Assembly (NCBI GenBank): GCA_002269645.1
Contig: NIVC01001876.1
Span: 120,818 to 184,817, forward strand
Direction: 5' to 3'
Length of the DNA stretch: 64,000 nt
DNA from: Macrostomum lignano
Taxonomy: Eukaryota
Below the pieces are notes generated by a model, which was not told the origin of the DNA, did not search any database, and saw only the letters and a program-made list of their open reading frames with translations. Shown here piece after piece: positions 50,908-63,637 of this stretch (position 1 is the first letter of the stretch; every line of letters starts with the position of its first letter). A program made the translations under genes and the position numbers.

Positions 50908-52449
50908 CGCCCGTGTTCTTGAATTTCGTGTGCCTGCGTTTCTCTGTTCCGGCGCAGCAAAAAAAATTGTCCAGTTCGAAATTTCTCTCCCCTTTGGTAG
51001 TTTGTAGTTGGTAGTGTTAAACTACAGTCATACCCACAAGTGGTCAACTCTTTTACGCATGCAAACAAATGTCATAAATTAATAAAATGACATAACTATT
51101 TCGGACGTTATAAATAACTGCATGCAACCATAAAAGCTGATATTAAATGGATGATTGATGCTGGTACTTTTAGTTAATTTGTAGACAACGGAGCCAAGCA
51201 ACTTCTACAGTGCACATCGACCTGCAGTCACAAGTGATCAGAACCATGAATTTGGCATGCCCACTCCTGCATACGAATTCTTTTACGCCAGGTACTTTCT
51301 GTGAGTTCCGACGCACTTGTTGTTCCAGGCGGTGGTCAAGATCGTCCTGCTTTACAACGCCGTAGGCGACTCCAGCTGACGAAACAGACGCTTCAGGACG
51401 TGCTGCTGCTGACGCTGCAGGTGCCCTTTCGGTGAGAACTGGCGTGCATTCGGCGTTTTGTCGACGCCGTCACCCTGGATTTGGTCGGCGACGGTCTAAG
51501 CCTTTTGTCTTTTGTGACCATGTAGAAGCTGGCTGTGTGAACGTACGTCATCAATTAAGGATGTCTGTAATGTGCCGGTAGTAGTACCGGTATGTCCTCT
51601 AGGATACTGATATTCGCAGGAGGGCTCTGGGCAACCTGACGCAACGCCTTCGGCAACAGCGTCTCACACGACCAGCGCTGAGACAATTCTGCCCATTCCA
51701 CTGACTGCTGAGCACATTCAAGCGCGCCAATACTGTACTCAGGCACGGACTCATGCACCCGCTCACACAGGGTGTACAGCGGCCCATTGAATTTATAAAC
51801 GTCAGGCATGTACACACTCTGTGCCTATAGAGTTTGTCTGCCCTGCCTGCAACATTTACTCAGCGGAATTCAATCACCTAGAAGGAACATAATTGACAGC
51901 TGGCTTGACAGCTGGCTTGTAACTATGCTAAGTAACCTTGGCTAATGGGCGCTGCCTGTGGTACATCTCTTCCTATTTTAAGACTGCCGCTTTAGCAAAA
52001 TCCTACTAATGGGGAAATTTATAATTAAAAGGAAACGTTTCTCTTTAAGAGAACGAATTCTGTTTAATTTTCTCTTTGATTGATTGAATTGACAGTCTCT
52101 ACGAGAACGCACTGACCTTGCTAAGTCAGGGATCGAAGCGAGATAATTTGAATTGTCAGTTTCAAAGAGTTTTTTGGTGTAGATTTAAATGATTATAATT
52201 TTTTCCGCATTTATTTTCAGACTTACATATAATTTGAAAATGATACCTGACTAAATTAAATTCCTTACAAACTTACTTTTTATTTCTGAAAAATACAATT
52301 TTCTCCACATACTACTTTCATGTCAAGTGATATGAAGTGAGCTACACAGAAATTTTTAATCCAACATTTTTTTTCAAAAATACCGATTTGTGCGTCATTA
52401 TCAATCATTAAGGTGGATGTCATGAAGACCTAATATAGTACATATCAGT

Positions 52450-52680
52450 GATGCCTAAATAGTGTCAGTGAATTTTTAATAGTGTCAGCGAGTGCTTAAT
52501 AGTGTCAGTGAACGTCTAATAATGCCAGTGAACGCCTCCTAATAGTGTCAGTGAACTGACAGTGAACTGACAGTGTCGCTTAACATTGTTAGTGACATCT
52601 AATAGTGTCAGTGAACGCCTAATAGTGTCAATGAACGTAGTGCTAGTGACGCTTAATATTATTAGCGGTATCTAATAGTG
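52450..52680. repeat. About 22-bp degenerate minisatellite (ATAGTGTCAGTGAACGCCTA)
   Basis: Direct reading. Confidence 0.75.
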
Positions 52681-53489
52681 TCAGGATTCGTATTCCCGCT
52701 CTAATCCCCTATCTTCACTACATGCCGTATGTTCATTTGAAAAAAGAAAACTCCGCATGACTATCCAAGTGTTTCCAGTGTGGTTAGCGAATAAACTGAA
52801 TTTTCCAGCGCTAAGGTGGTTCAAAATGTCAGTTTACGCTACGCTAAGCCTGGGGCTTTGCAGGTGCATCTTGCAGGTCAGTGAAACCTCGCAGACTCTA
52901 CATATTAAACCAAATGCTCTTTTCTGTAGAGGAAGCTGTAGGCCATGCTGTAGTCAGTACACAGGCGGGTTTGAATCTCTCAGGTTGGAACGGGGAACAC
53001 TCTTTAATACGCACTGGATTCGTGTCTCCGCTACGGGAACGGGAGTGGATCCATATCCCGAGGCTAACTACTCTCGATAGCTTGCATGTAGCTGTTTCAA
53101 CTCGCTTACCAAGCGTACGTGGCTAGGTTACCCCCCCCCCTCTCTCTCTCTTCCAAAATCAGTTTCTTCCCACGTTCCAGCTCTCTGGGAGCTCCGTCGC
53201 GGTCCCGGAAGAGAGAAGGGAATGGACATAGTATGGGGCAAGAAAAAGTTCAGCCCCTCCCCTCTCGGCTACAAATGAGGAGCTCTCTAGCAATCTGTGA
53301 AAATCCTGTCTTCTCTACTTTTGGTAGAAATTCTATTAGCTTCCAGAGCTATAGGCTGCCTATATATTGATGCGCCAGTTAATAAGGCCTTTGCTTCAAG
53401 CCTTTAGCAATCAGTGGACCGTAAGCTTAGCTAACAATGCTGAAGTCTTGGTTTCTTTTGCTTCTAGTAGCAACCGTAGCTACTTAGTT

Positions 53490-53530
53490 ATCTAGTTATT
53501 TCAGTATCTGTGGCCCCCGACTTTCTAATC

Positions 53531-53620
<90 letters not shown>

Positions 53621-55417
53621 CTCGAAGCCCAGAGGTAGCTGAGTCCGGTAGCTACGAGGATCTCTACCAGGTACTTACTAGACGATACGAGAAGAGCTCG
53701 CGACCTGTTTACCTGGCTAACACTGTACTAAACGTTACATTCAGTGTCAAGCTCAATCGCTTAATGGATCTGGACGAGAAGAATCAAATATTACACATGA
53801 ACGTTGTTGTCATGGAGTCGTGGCGCGACGAACGACTCACTTGGAGTCCGGCAAATTATTCTGGCATAGAAGAGTTCGTACTGCCGGCTGGGGAAATCTG
53901 GTTGCCAGACATCTACGTCTACAACAACGCGGCTGATGGCAACGATGGGTTCATCTTCGACAACAGCAGCCGAGTGACTGTGAGCCACACTGGCCACGTA
54001 GTTTGGAACATTCCGTCGACGATCAAGAGCTCCTGCAGCGTTGACGTACTCTATTTTCCATTCGATCATCAGTTCTGCGATATCGTGTTCGCTTCGTGGA
54101 CCTACGATGCCAGACAGGTTGACCTGCAGATGCCACCAGGCCGTGGCGGCGCGGTTGACAAGTCCATCCTTGAGCAGCACTCCGAACTGCAAGTCTCCGG
54201 CCTGCAGATGCAGAGGTCGGTGCAAACGACCTTGAACAACCTGACATTCCCGATGCTCCGGCTGAGAATTCACATCGAGAGGAAAGCTCTGTACTATTCC
54301 TACACTGTCATTGCTCCAAGCATCATGCTGTGCATCCTGACGCTGTTCAGCTTCTGGCTGCCCTGTCATATTGCCGAGAAGATCGAAATCGGTCTAACCG
54401 TGTTCCTATTTCTCTACTTCCTCGAGCTGCTCATCGCGGAGAACACGCCCGAGTCGAATTCCACTCCAATCATTGGGATATTCCTCACCACGGTGATGAC
54501 TCTGAACTCGCTGTCGCTAATTATGGCCACGATAGTGATGCACGTGCAGAGCAGAGGCGACACCGACCCCTGCCCGACCGTGCCGCTGTGGCTGTGGCGA
54601 ATCAGTCGACGCTTCCTGGGGCCCGTCACCTACACCCAGCTGCGCTGGCAGGAGGCAGCCTTTGCCGAGGGCTTCGACAGAATTGCTGGCCGAGACGCCA
54701 ACGCGGCGGTCACCAGCGACGACGAGGTCGACATGAACAGAATGGAGCGGGCCAAGTGGCTGTACATAGCCGAGGTGATTGACAAATTTTTGTTTGAATT
54801 CTATTTAACCTGCACAGTGCTCAGCATAGTGATTGTGCTGCACGTGCTGCCAGCGTCTCACGCCAGCACCGTCTACGACAATCGGCTGACGGACTGAAGA
54901 CGTCATGAGAGTGTCCCGACATCGGCCCCAACCACAGAAACTTAGAATAATTATATGGGCCTCTTAGCACATTTGCGTGTAGACTACTTTCAGTTCAGTA
55001 GCAAGTTAAACGGGAGCATTTTAATGTATTTTAAAGTCAAGGTTCATTTATTGGCTCTTACCCTCCCCCCCCCGCTTAAAGCCTCCAACCGCGCCTTTCC
55101 ACACTCCCCCGCCCCGCCCCAATTTTTATTGCCTTTCTCGGAATTCCAGTCTAAAGCTGCCATGTACGAGCTACATTTCAGTGGACTGGCTAATGTACAT
55201 TATGGCTGAACCAATTAGCAAGTTGTTTACGCCTGTAAGCTTGGGCTTCCTAAACTTATAATAGTCGTTTCGGCTGCCTTTTTTTCTTATAAAATAGCTT
55301 ATGTATTCTTCTTTGCTACTGAACTGAAAGTAGAAAGCTGTTTTGCTAAGTATACGATCAGATACATGAGGGACCCATCTAGTTATTTCAGTATCTGTGG
55401 CCCCCGACTTTCTAATC

Positions 55418-55489
<72 letters not shown>

Positions 55490-55504
55490 CTCGAAGCCCA
55501 GAGG
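53490..55504 (+). repeat. Direct repeat pair with (CT)n core at 53490-53635 and 55377-55504
   Basis: ATCTAGTTATTTCAGTATCTGTGGCCCCCGACTTTCTAATCGT-(CT)n-GGCTCGAAGCCCAGAGG is identical in both copies except for (CT)n length. Confidence 0.9.
53635..54897 (+). CDS. Nicotinic acetylcholine receptor-like Cys-loop channel subunit (non-alpha, atypical)
   Basis: Frame is open from 53635 (VAESGSYEDLYQVLTRRYEKSSRPV); DLDEKNQIL, IWLPDIYVYNNAD, Cys-loop CSVDVLYFPFDHQFC, SWTYD, four TM segments, EK at start of M2; no loop C Cys-Cys. Candidate signal-peptide exon 52826-52876 (MSVYATLSLGLCRCILQ, GTCAGT donor) is less certain. Confidence 0.92.
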   Translation, partial: VAESGSYEDLYQVLTRRYEKSSRPVYLANTVLNVTFSVKLNRLMDLDEKNQILHMNVVVMESWRDERLTWSPANYSGIEEFVLPAGEIWLPDIYVYNNAADGNDGFIFDNSSRVTVSHTGHVVWNIPSTIKSSCSVDVLYFPFDHQFCDIVFASWTYDARQVDLQMPPGRGGAVDKSILEQHSELQVSGLQMQRSVQTTLNNLTFPMLRLRIHIERKALYYSYTVIAPSIMLCILTLFSFWLPCHIAEKIEIGLTVFLFLYFLELLIAENTPESNSTPIIGIFLTTVMTLNSLSLIMATIVMHVQSRGDTDPCPTVPLWLWRISRRFLGPVTYTQLRWQEAAFAEGFDRIAGRDANAAVTSDDEVDMNRMERAKWLYIAEVIDKFLFEFYLTCTVLSIVIVLHVLPASHASTVYDNRLTD

Positions 55505-56039
55505 CTCGAAACCGGTAGCCCAATATTAAAAAAAATTAAACACGCCGTGACCTCTCTTCTCTCTCTCTACCTCTCTCTGCCTTGGGGGGCGGGGTTGGCC
55601 CCTCGTGACGTGAACGCTATGGATGACACAATGCACAGGTAGAGAAAGTCCATCTCTCAAATATGTAGTATTTTCACAGATATAATAATATGCTGCGTTC
55701 AATCAATCAATCAAACCCACTTTATGCCTGTTAACATGCTTTACCGTACTAGCTACTCTTAGTAGTTAACCTACGCGTTTTTTATTACGAGTACGTTCCT
55801 TTATACTAAACCATATACTCTGGATGACTCTTCATTTTTCTCCGTCTGATTTTATTGAAAGCGAACCTACCTTGCTATGTTGAATATCAAAATATATTGC
55901 CTGCTTGTAGCAATTGGAACTGCGCGTGTACACGGCGTCTTGCTGAGATTTGCCCGTTTTTTATTTTTTTCATGAAATGAGAATATCGGTGAGGCATGAG
56001 AATATCAGCGAAGTAGCTCGTATGAGCATATTGATAAAG

Positions 56040-56245
56040 TATGGAAATATCCATAAAGTACGAGTATGCAAATATCCGTGAAGTATAAGAATATCAATAA
56101 AGTATGAGAATATTCCGTGAAGTATGAGAATATCAATAAAGTATGAAAATAGCCGTCAAGTATGAGAATATCCATGAAGTATAAGAATATCCGTCAAGTA
56201 TGAGAATATCCGTTAAGTATGAGAATATCCGTCAAGTATGAGAAT
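56040..56245. repeat. 19-bp minisatellite (GTATGAGAATATCCGTCAA)
   Basis: Direct reading. Confidence 0.85.
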
Positions 56246-56522
56246 AATTTCCTGAGAACATCTCTAGTTATCATAATTATAACCATCTCATTATTCTTGA
56301 CGCTTATTGACATTAATTTCTGTTCTCATAGGCACAAGTCCTTGCATAGGCATTTAGAATTGATATCATTCATTATAGTACTTACAGTAGCATTAAATGC
56401 TCTAATAATCTTTGCGTAAAAATAACTTTTTTACTATCCCAATCGAAAATAAAAACTGTTGAATTTAAATCTCACTCGTATGCTTTGGCGTGAACAATAT
56501 CGCATTTATGTATATATATTAT

Positions 56523-56523
<1 letters not shown>

Positions 56524-56553
<30 letters not shown>
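56524..56553. repeat. (GT)n microsatellite
   Basis: Direct reading. Confidence 0.9.
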
Positions 56554-56557
<4 letters not shown>

Positions 56558-59007
56558 TGCATTAGGCATTTCTTGGGACAAGCGTGTATAAACTGACCCG
56601 TACTATTAGGACCAAAAATGTGTTGGGCCAGGCCCAATAAGTGCGTCCCGACACTTCCAAAAATGAATTCTATTGAAATGAAAAAATATTCATTGGAACC
56701 GTCTTTCGATTCTCCTTTCAAAAATCAATGTCATTTTTTCATATTTTTAATCAAACACAAGGAAACTAATGATTTGCAGTGTCCTAAGAAGTTTAAAAAA
56801 TTATGCGAACTGATGGTCTGATCCAACAGAACAATTGGGTCTCAAATCTGAATTCTCGTTTTATTACAATATTTCTTACAATATCAAGAAAGTCTACTAC
56901 AAGTAACAGATAGAGGTTCTCCACAGGGCTGCCAATCGACACTTGAAAGGATCCTGACATTTGGCATCGTGTTTACTATAAAATATGAAATAATTTAATA
57001 AAGATTTAGAATATTACAATCAAGCATACAAACCTTATAGATTTAGTATATTTAGATTTTTGCATAGAAACAGCTAGCATCTAAATTCATTAGCTTCCAA
57101 TTTCACTTATACACGAAACATAACAAATTAAGGTTACATCCGCTCGTGCCCTGGGCCATTTTAACTGAAATTCTCGTTTTAAATCCGCTGCATTAATCTA
57201 TTTGTCATATGTGAATGGGATTAACGGACTCAAGTTAGTGACTGGAGGCCATTAACGTAAAGTGACACTTTGAGTGAGGTAGTTTTCTGGTGGAAATTCT
57301 CACAGTCTTATGAAGCGCTTTTAGAGCAAAGAAATAAAGGGCAAAGAAAAACTTTGCATTTCCCGAGAAAACCGAGGACGAGTATTAGAGGGAAACGTTT
57401 AATCTCTAAGGCTTTAAATGACTTCTTTATTGGCCTGGGTTTGGGCAGCCATACTATGCAGCAAATTTTTTCCTAGAATTATGATAATTATCGTCTGGTA
57501 TACTGAAAAGTACGGAGATACCAAGAAACTTAAGATGACTGCATGGACTGCTAGCACATGTTTGAGTGTCACTGTCACTGTAAAGTCTAAATCGATGACT
57601 AGTTGGCCCAAAACTAACTACTAGGCCTTCCTGGAAAACAATTCTGCTTATCTTGGATCGTAAAGATAAACCCACGTACAGTGCAGAAGTGTTAGGACAA
57701 GCGTGTACAAGACCCAGGCAATCCCTTACCCAGGCCACGTGTACATTCCTATCGCGGTGGGGGGAAGCAGGGAGGAGAGGCGGGTGCAAGGGAGTCAGGA
57801 TAAAGTTTACACTGAAGTTGAGGCCTACAAGAGGAAGAGCCAATTCTAACGGAAAGGTACATGTAGAAGTTCCCTTTGACAAACGGCGTACTGCATATGT
57901 TCAAAACGAATATAATTCATTTACGAGACCTGCACTACACAGACAAAATGTGCCATGTCACAAGAGTTTCCATGCATGACCTGGCATGAAAAGACTTGGC
58001 TAGGAACCATTACACATATGTAAGTAAAATTTAAAATTATTTTTAAAATTTTATGATTAAATAAAAACTTAACTGGAATTTACATATGTCTTTTCTAAAA
58101 TTCCAGATACGTTGATATCGATAAGCTACCGTTTTCTTCTATAACAAACAGATTTGCCTTCATTGTCCAGTAAGTATTGTCTCGTACTCGTATATGTCGT
58201 ATTTTTGTACGTTGAAAAAAATAATAAGCAGCCTAGTAATACTCTGAGCTCAGTGAAATATAAGAGAGGCGGCACGATCACCTTATTTATCAATTAATTT
58301 ACAACAGCCAGTTGAGCAATCATAAGTAGGCAAAATTTACACTTCTAGGAAGAACAAATTTTACTAAAAGTTTCAATCAAAACATTTGGGAAAGAAATCT
58401 TGCACGACACATCGCCCACAGTACTAGAGACTTGGAGAAATACTATGTGAGTTTGCTGGGCAACTAATGTAATATATTACTGTTATAATTCGATAGTCGA
58501 ATTATTTTTTTTACCCAAAGCAGTGCTATTGCATAACTAAAGAACAGTATAAAAATGACAGCATTCTAGAACGAGAAACAAAGCTTACTGCAAAGGCAAA
58601 CGCCGAAAGAAAAGCAGGGTAGAGTCAGCAGCAAAAAAGAAGCTCATCTAATTGGAAAGATGGGCGGTCAGCAAAGAGATAGGATCTCAGAAAATTGCAA
58701 CTCCTAGTAACTGAAACTCAATTGCAATAAGTGTTTTGTTCTCTAGGGCATTATTAAAACAAGCAAGCCTGCCTGCAGTCAGTTAGTGAGAAAGTAAGTT
58801 GTTGCGGCACTATCGGGAAAGTGAAATTTGTACTCCATCTGACTCACACAAGCAGCAGCGTTGGGACAAACCTCGAGTATTTTAATTGTACAGTAAAATT
58901 TCATTGACAATGAAGCATTTATTAGAAAAGCGACATTTAAATCTGTTTTCAAACAAATCAGACCGATTTCTCAATAAGTTATTTTTCTTTTGTGCGCCCA
59001 CGCACAG

Positions 59008-62000
59008 GTTCATCCGCATTCAAACTCGCCGCTGCATCCGTCATTTGGTTCACTTGCTGCCCACAAGCCGCAGCAGCAGCAGCAGCAGCAGCAGCCGCTA
59101 TCCGTGCAGGCAGTCAGTCTATTTGTGAATTTTCTGGTGGATCTGAAGAAAACCCGTCTGGCACAGGATTAAAGAGAAAGAGACGATCTGTTTTGGGTGA
59201 GTATTATCTGCTGTAGAAGTATTGTACACCAGAGTACTTGTGTTACCTGGTAGAGCACAATTCAAAAGCAATGCAACAATCTCAGTGGCATTGTTGGGAC
59301 ACAAGCTACAAACGCAATGAATAGTAAACACAGCCCAGCCTAGCTCAAGGCTAGTAATTTGTTGGGCATTTATTGGGACATTGCAGCCAGGCCTATTTTT
59401 GAACAGCATTTGTTGGGTCGCACTTATTGGGACAATACTGATTCTAATCGCGACTACTTCTGAGTTCTGACTTTTCAAAACAGACCCAGCATTAGTTGAA
59501 CACGTTCTATTAAAGGGTTCCTTTATAGCGTATTAATGATTACTAAAGCAAGCCTATCTTAATTGATTTCTTTTCCTCGCAGCTTCTGAAGTCAGCAACG
59601 CCAGCGACATGCCTAAGAGACAAGAATGCGCTTTAACGATCAGCAGCGAGCATTCTGATCTCGCCGCTGCATCCGTCATTTGGTTCACTTGCTGCTCACA
59701 AGCCGCAGCAGCAGCAGCAGCAGCAGCAGCCGCTATCCGTGCAGGCAGTCAGTCTATTTGTGAATTTTCTGGTGGATCTGAAGAAAACCCGTCTGGCACA
59801 GGATTAAAGAGAAAGAGACGATCTGTTTTGGGTGAGTATTATCTGCTGTAGAAGTATTGTACACCAGAGTACTTGTGTTACCTGGTAGAGCACAATTCAA
59901 AAGCAATGCAACAATCTCAGTGGCATTGTTGGGACACAAGCTACAAACGCAATGAATAGTAAACACAGCCCAGCCTAGCTCAAGGCTAGTAATTTGTTGG
60001 GCATTTATTGGGACATTGCAGCCAGGCCTATTTTTGAACAGCATTTGTTGGGTCGCACTTATTGGGACAATACTGATTCTAATCGCGACTACTTCTGAGT
60101 TCTGACTTTTCAAAACAGACCCAGCATTAGTTGAACACGTTCTATTAAAGGGTTCCTTTATAGCGTATTAATAATTACTAAAGCAAGCCTATCTTAATTG
60201 ATTTCTTTTCCTCGCAGCTTCTGAAGTCAGCAACGCCAGCGACATGCCTAAGAGACAAGAATGCGCTTTAACGATCAGCAGCGAGCATTCTGATCTCGCC
60301 GCTGCATCCGTCATTTGGTTCACTTGCTGCTCACAAGCCGCAGCAGCAGCAGCAGCAGCAGCAGCCGCTATCCGTGCAGGCAGTCAGTCTATTTGTGAAT
60401 TTTCTGGTGGATCTGAAGAAAACCCGTCTGGCACAGGATTAAAGAGAAAGAGACGATCTGTTTTGGGTGAGTATTATCTGCTGTAGAAGTATTGTACACC
60501 AGAGTACTTGTGTTACCTGGTAGAGCACAATTCAAAAGCAATGCAACAATCTCAGTGGCATTGTTGGGACACAAGCTACAAACGCAATGAATAGTAAACA
60601 CAGCCCAGCCTAGCTCAAGGCTAGTAATTTGTTGGGCATTTATTGGGACATTGCAGCCAGGCCTATTTTTGAACAGCATTTGTTGGGTCGCACTTATTGG
60701 GACAATACTGATTCTAATCGCGACTACTTCTGAGTTCTGACTTTTCAAAACAGACCCAGCATTAGTTGAACACGTTCTATTAAAGGGTTCCTTTATAGCG
60801 TATTAATGATTACTAAAGCAAGCCTATCTTAATTGATTTCTTTTCCTCGCAGCTTCTGAAGTCAGCAACGCCAGCGACATGCCTAAGAGACAAGAATGCG
60901 CTTTAACGATCAGCAGCGAGCATTCTGATCTCGCCGCTGCATCCGTCATTTGGTTCACTTGCTGCTCACAAGCCGCAGCAGCAGCAGCAGCAGCAGCAGC
61001 CGCTATCCGTGCAGGCAGTCAGTCTATTTGTGAATTTTCTGGTGGATCTGAAGAAAACCCGTCTGGCACAGGATTAAAGAGAAAGAGACGATCTGTTTTG
61101 GGTGAGTATTATCTGCTGTAGAAGTATTGTACACCAGAGTACTTGTGTTACCTGGTAGAGCACAATTCAAAAGCAATGCAACAATCTCAGTGGCATTGTT
61201 GGGACACAAGCTACAAACGCAATGAATAGTAAACACAGCCCAGCCTAGCTCAAGGCTAGTAATTTGTTGGGCATTTATTGGGACATTGCAGCCAGGCCTA
61301 TTTTTGAACAGCATTTGTTGGGTCGCACTTACTGGGACAATACTGATTCTAATCGCGACTACTTCTGAGTTCTGACTTTTCAAAACAGACCCAGCATTAG
61401 TTGAACACGTTCTATTAAAGGGTTCCTTTATAGCGTATTAATGATTACTAAAGCAAGCCTATCTTAATTGATTTCTTTTCCTCGCAGCTTCTGAAGTCAG
61501 CAACGCCAGCGACATGCCTAAGAGACAAGAATGCGCTTTAACGATCAGCAGCGAGCATTCTGATCTCGCCGCTGCATCCGTCATTTGGTTCACTTGCTGC
61601 TCACAAGCCGCAGCAGCAGCAGCAGCAGCAGCAGCCGCTATCCGTGCAGGCAGTCAGTCTATTTGTGAATTTTCTGGTGGATCTGAAGAAAACCCGTCTG
61701 GCACAGGATTAAAGAGAAAGAGACGATCTGTTTTGGGTGAGTATTATCTGCTGTAGAAGTATTGTACACCAGAGTACTTGTGTTACCTGGTAGAGCACAA
61801 TTCAAAAGCAATGCAACAATCTCAGTGGCATTGTTGGGACACAAGCTACAAACGCAATGAATAGTAAACACAGCCCAGCCTAGCTCAAGGCTAGTAATTT
61901 GTTGGGCATTTATTGGGACATTGCAGCCAGGCCTATTTTTGAACAGCATTTGTTGGGTCGCACTTACTGGGACAATACTGATTCTAATCGCGACTACTTC

Positions 62001-63637
62001 TGAGTTCTGACTTTTCAAAACAGACCCAGCATTAGTTGAACATGTTCTATTAAAGGGTTCCTTTATAGCGTATTAATGATTACTAAAGCAAGCCTATCTT
62101 AATTGATTTCTTTTCCTCGCAGCTTCTGAAGTCAGCAACGCCAGCGACATGCCTAAGAGACAAGAATGCGCTTTAACGATCAGCAGCGAGCATTCTGATC
62201 TCGCCGCTGCATCCGTCATTTGGTTCACTTGCTGCTCACAAGCCGCAGCAGCAGCAGCAGCAGCAGCAGCCGCTATCCGTGCAGGCAGTCAGTCTATTTG
62301 TGAATTTTCTGGTGGATCTGAAGAAAACCCGTCTGGCACAGGATTAAAGAGAAAGAGACGATCTGTTTTGGGTGAGTATTATCTGCTGTAGAAGTATTGT
62401 ACACCAGAGTACTTGTGTTACCTGGTAGAGCACAATTCAAAAGCAATGCAACAATCTCAGTGGCATTGTTGGGACACAAGCTACAAACGCAATGAATAGT
62501 AAACACAGCCCAGCCTAGCTCAAGGCTAGTAATTTGTTGGGCATTTATTGGGACATTGCAGCCAGGCCTATTTTTGAACAGCATTTGTTGGGTCGCACTT
62601 ATTGGGACAATACTGATTCTAATCGCGACTACTTCTGAGTTCTGACTTTTCAAAACAGACCCAGCATTAGTTGAACACGTTCTATTAAAGGGTTCCTTTA
62701 TAGCGTATTAATGATTACTAAAGCAAGCCTATCTTAATTGATTTCTTTTCCTCGCAGCTTCTGAAGTCAGCAACGCCAGCGACATGCCTAAGAGACAAGA
62801 ATGCGCTTTAACGATCAGCAGCGAGCATTCTGATCTCGCCGCTGCATCCGTCATTTGGTTCACTTGCTGCTCACAAGCCGCAGCAGCAGCAGCAGCAGCA
62901 GCAGCCGCTATCCGTGCAGGCAGTCAGTCTATTTGTGAATTTTCTGGTGGATCTGAAGAAAACCCGTCTGGCACAGGATTAAAGAGAAAGAGACGATCTG
63001 TTTTGGGTGAGTATTATCTGCTGTAGAAGTATTGTACACCAGAGTACTTGTGTTACTGGTAGAGCACAATTCAAAAGCAATGCAACAATCTCAGTGGCAT
63101 TGTTGGGACACAAGCTACAAACGCAATGAATAGTAAACACAGCCCAGCCTAGCTCAAGGCTAGTAATTTGTTGGGCATTTATTGGGACATTGCAGCCAGG
63201 CCTATTTTTGAACAGCATTTGTTGGGTCGCACTTACTGGGACAATACTGATTCTAATCGCGACTACTTCTGAGTTCTGACTTTTCAAACAGACCCAGCAT
63301 TAGTTGAACACGTTCTATTAAAGGGTTCCTTTATAGCGTATTAATGATTACTAAAGCAAGCCTATCTTAATTGATTTCTTTCCTCGCAGCTTCTGAAGTC
63401 AGCAACGCCAGCGACATGCCTAAGAGACAAGAATGCGCTTTAACGATCAGCAGCGAGCATTCTGATCTCGCCGCTGCATCCGTCATTTGGTTCACTTGCT
63501 CTCACAAGCCGCAGGCAGCAGCAGCAGCAGCAGCAGCCGCTATCCGTGCAGGCAGTCAGTCTATTTGTGAATTTTCTGGTGGATCTGAAGAAAACCCGTC
63601 TGGCACAGGATTAAAGAGAAAGAGACGATCTGTTTTG
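59008..63637 (+). CDS. Putative repeated phase-1/phase-1 exons of an unidentified gene
   Basis: Exon 59008-59196 (189 nt), then 249-nt exons at 59583-59831, 60218-60466, 60853-61101, 61488-61736, 62123-62371, 62758-63006 and a degraded copy near 63391-63637; strong acceptor TTTCTTTTCCTCGCAG and donor G|GTGAGT; only the poly-Ala/KRKRR frame is open across the 249-nt exons. Confidence 0.5.

Noticed and set aside
51230-51720. GC-rich, coding-looking island
   Set aside because: Short open frames on both strands but no recognisable homology or consistent exon chain; left unannotated.
58107-58169. Candidate upstream exon of the array host gene (CCAG|ATACG...CCA|GTAAGT)
   Set aside because: Good splice signals, but the only open frame is phase 2-2 and I could not find a linking exon to the phase-1 acceptor at 59008.
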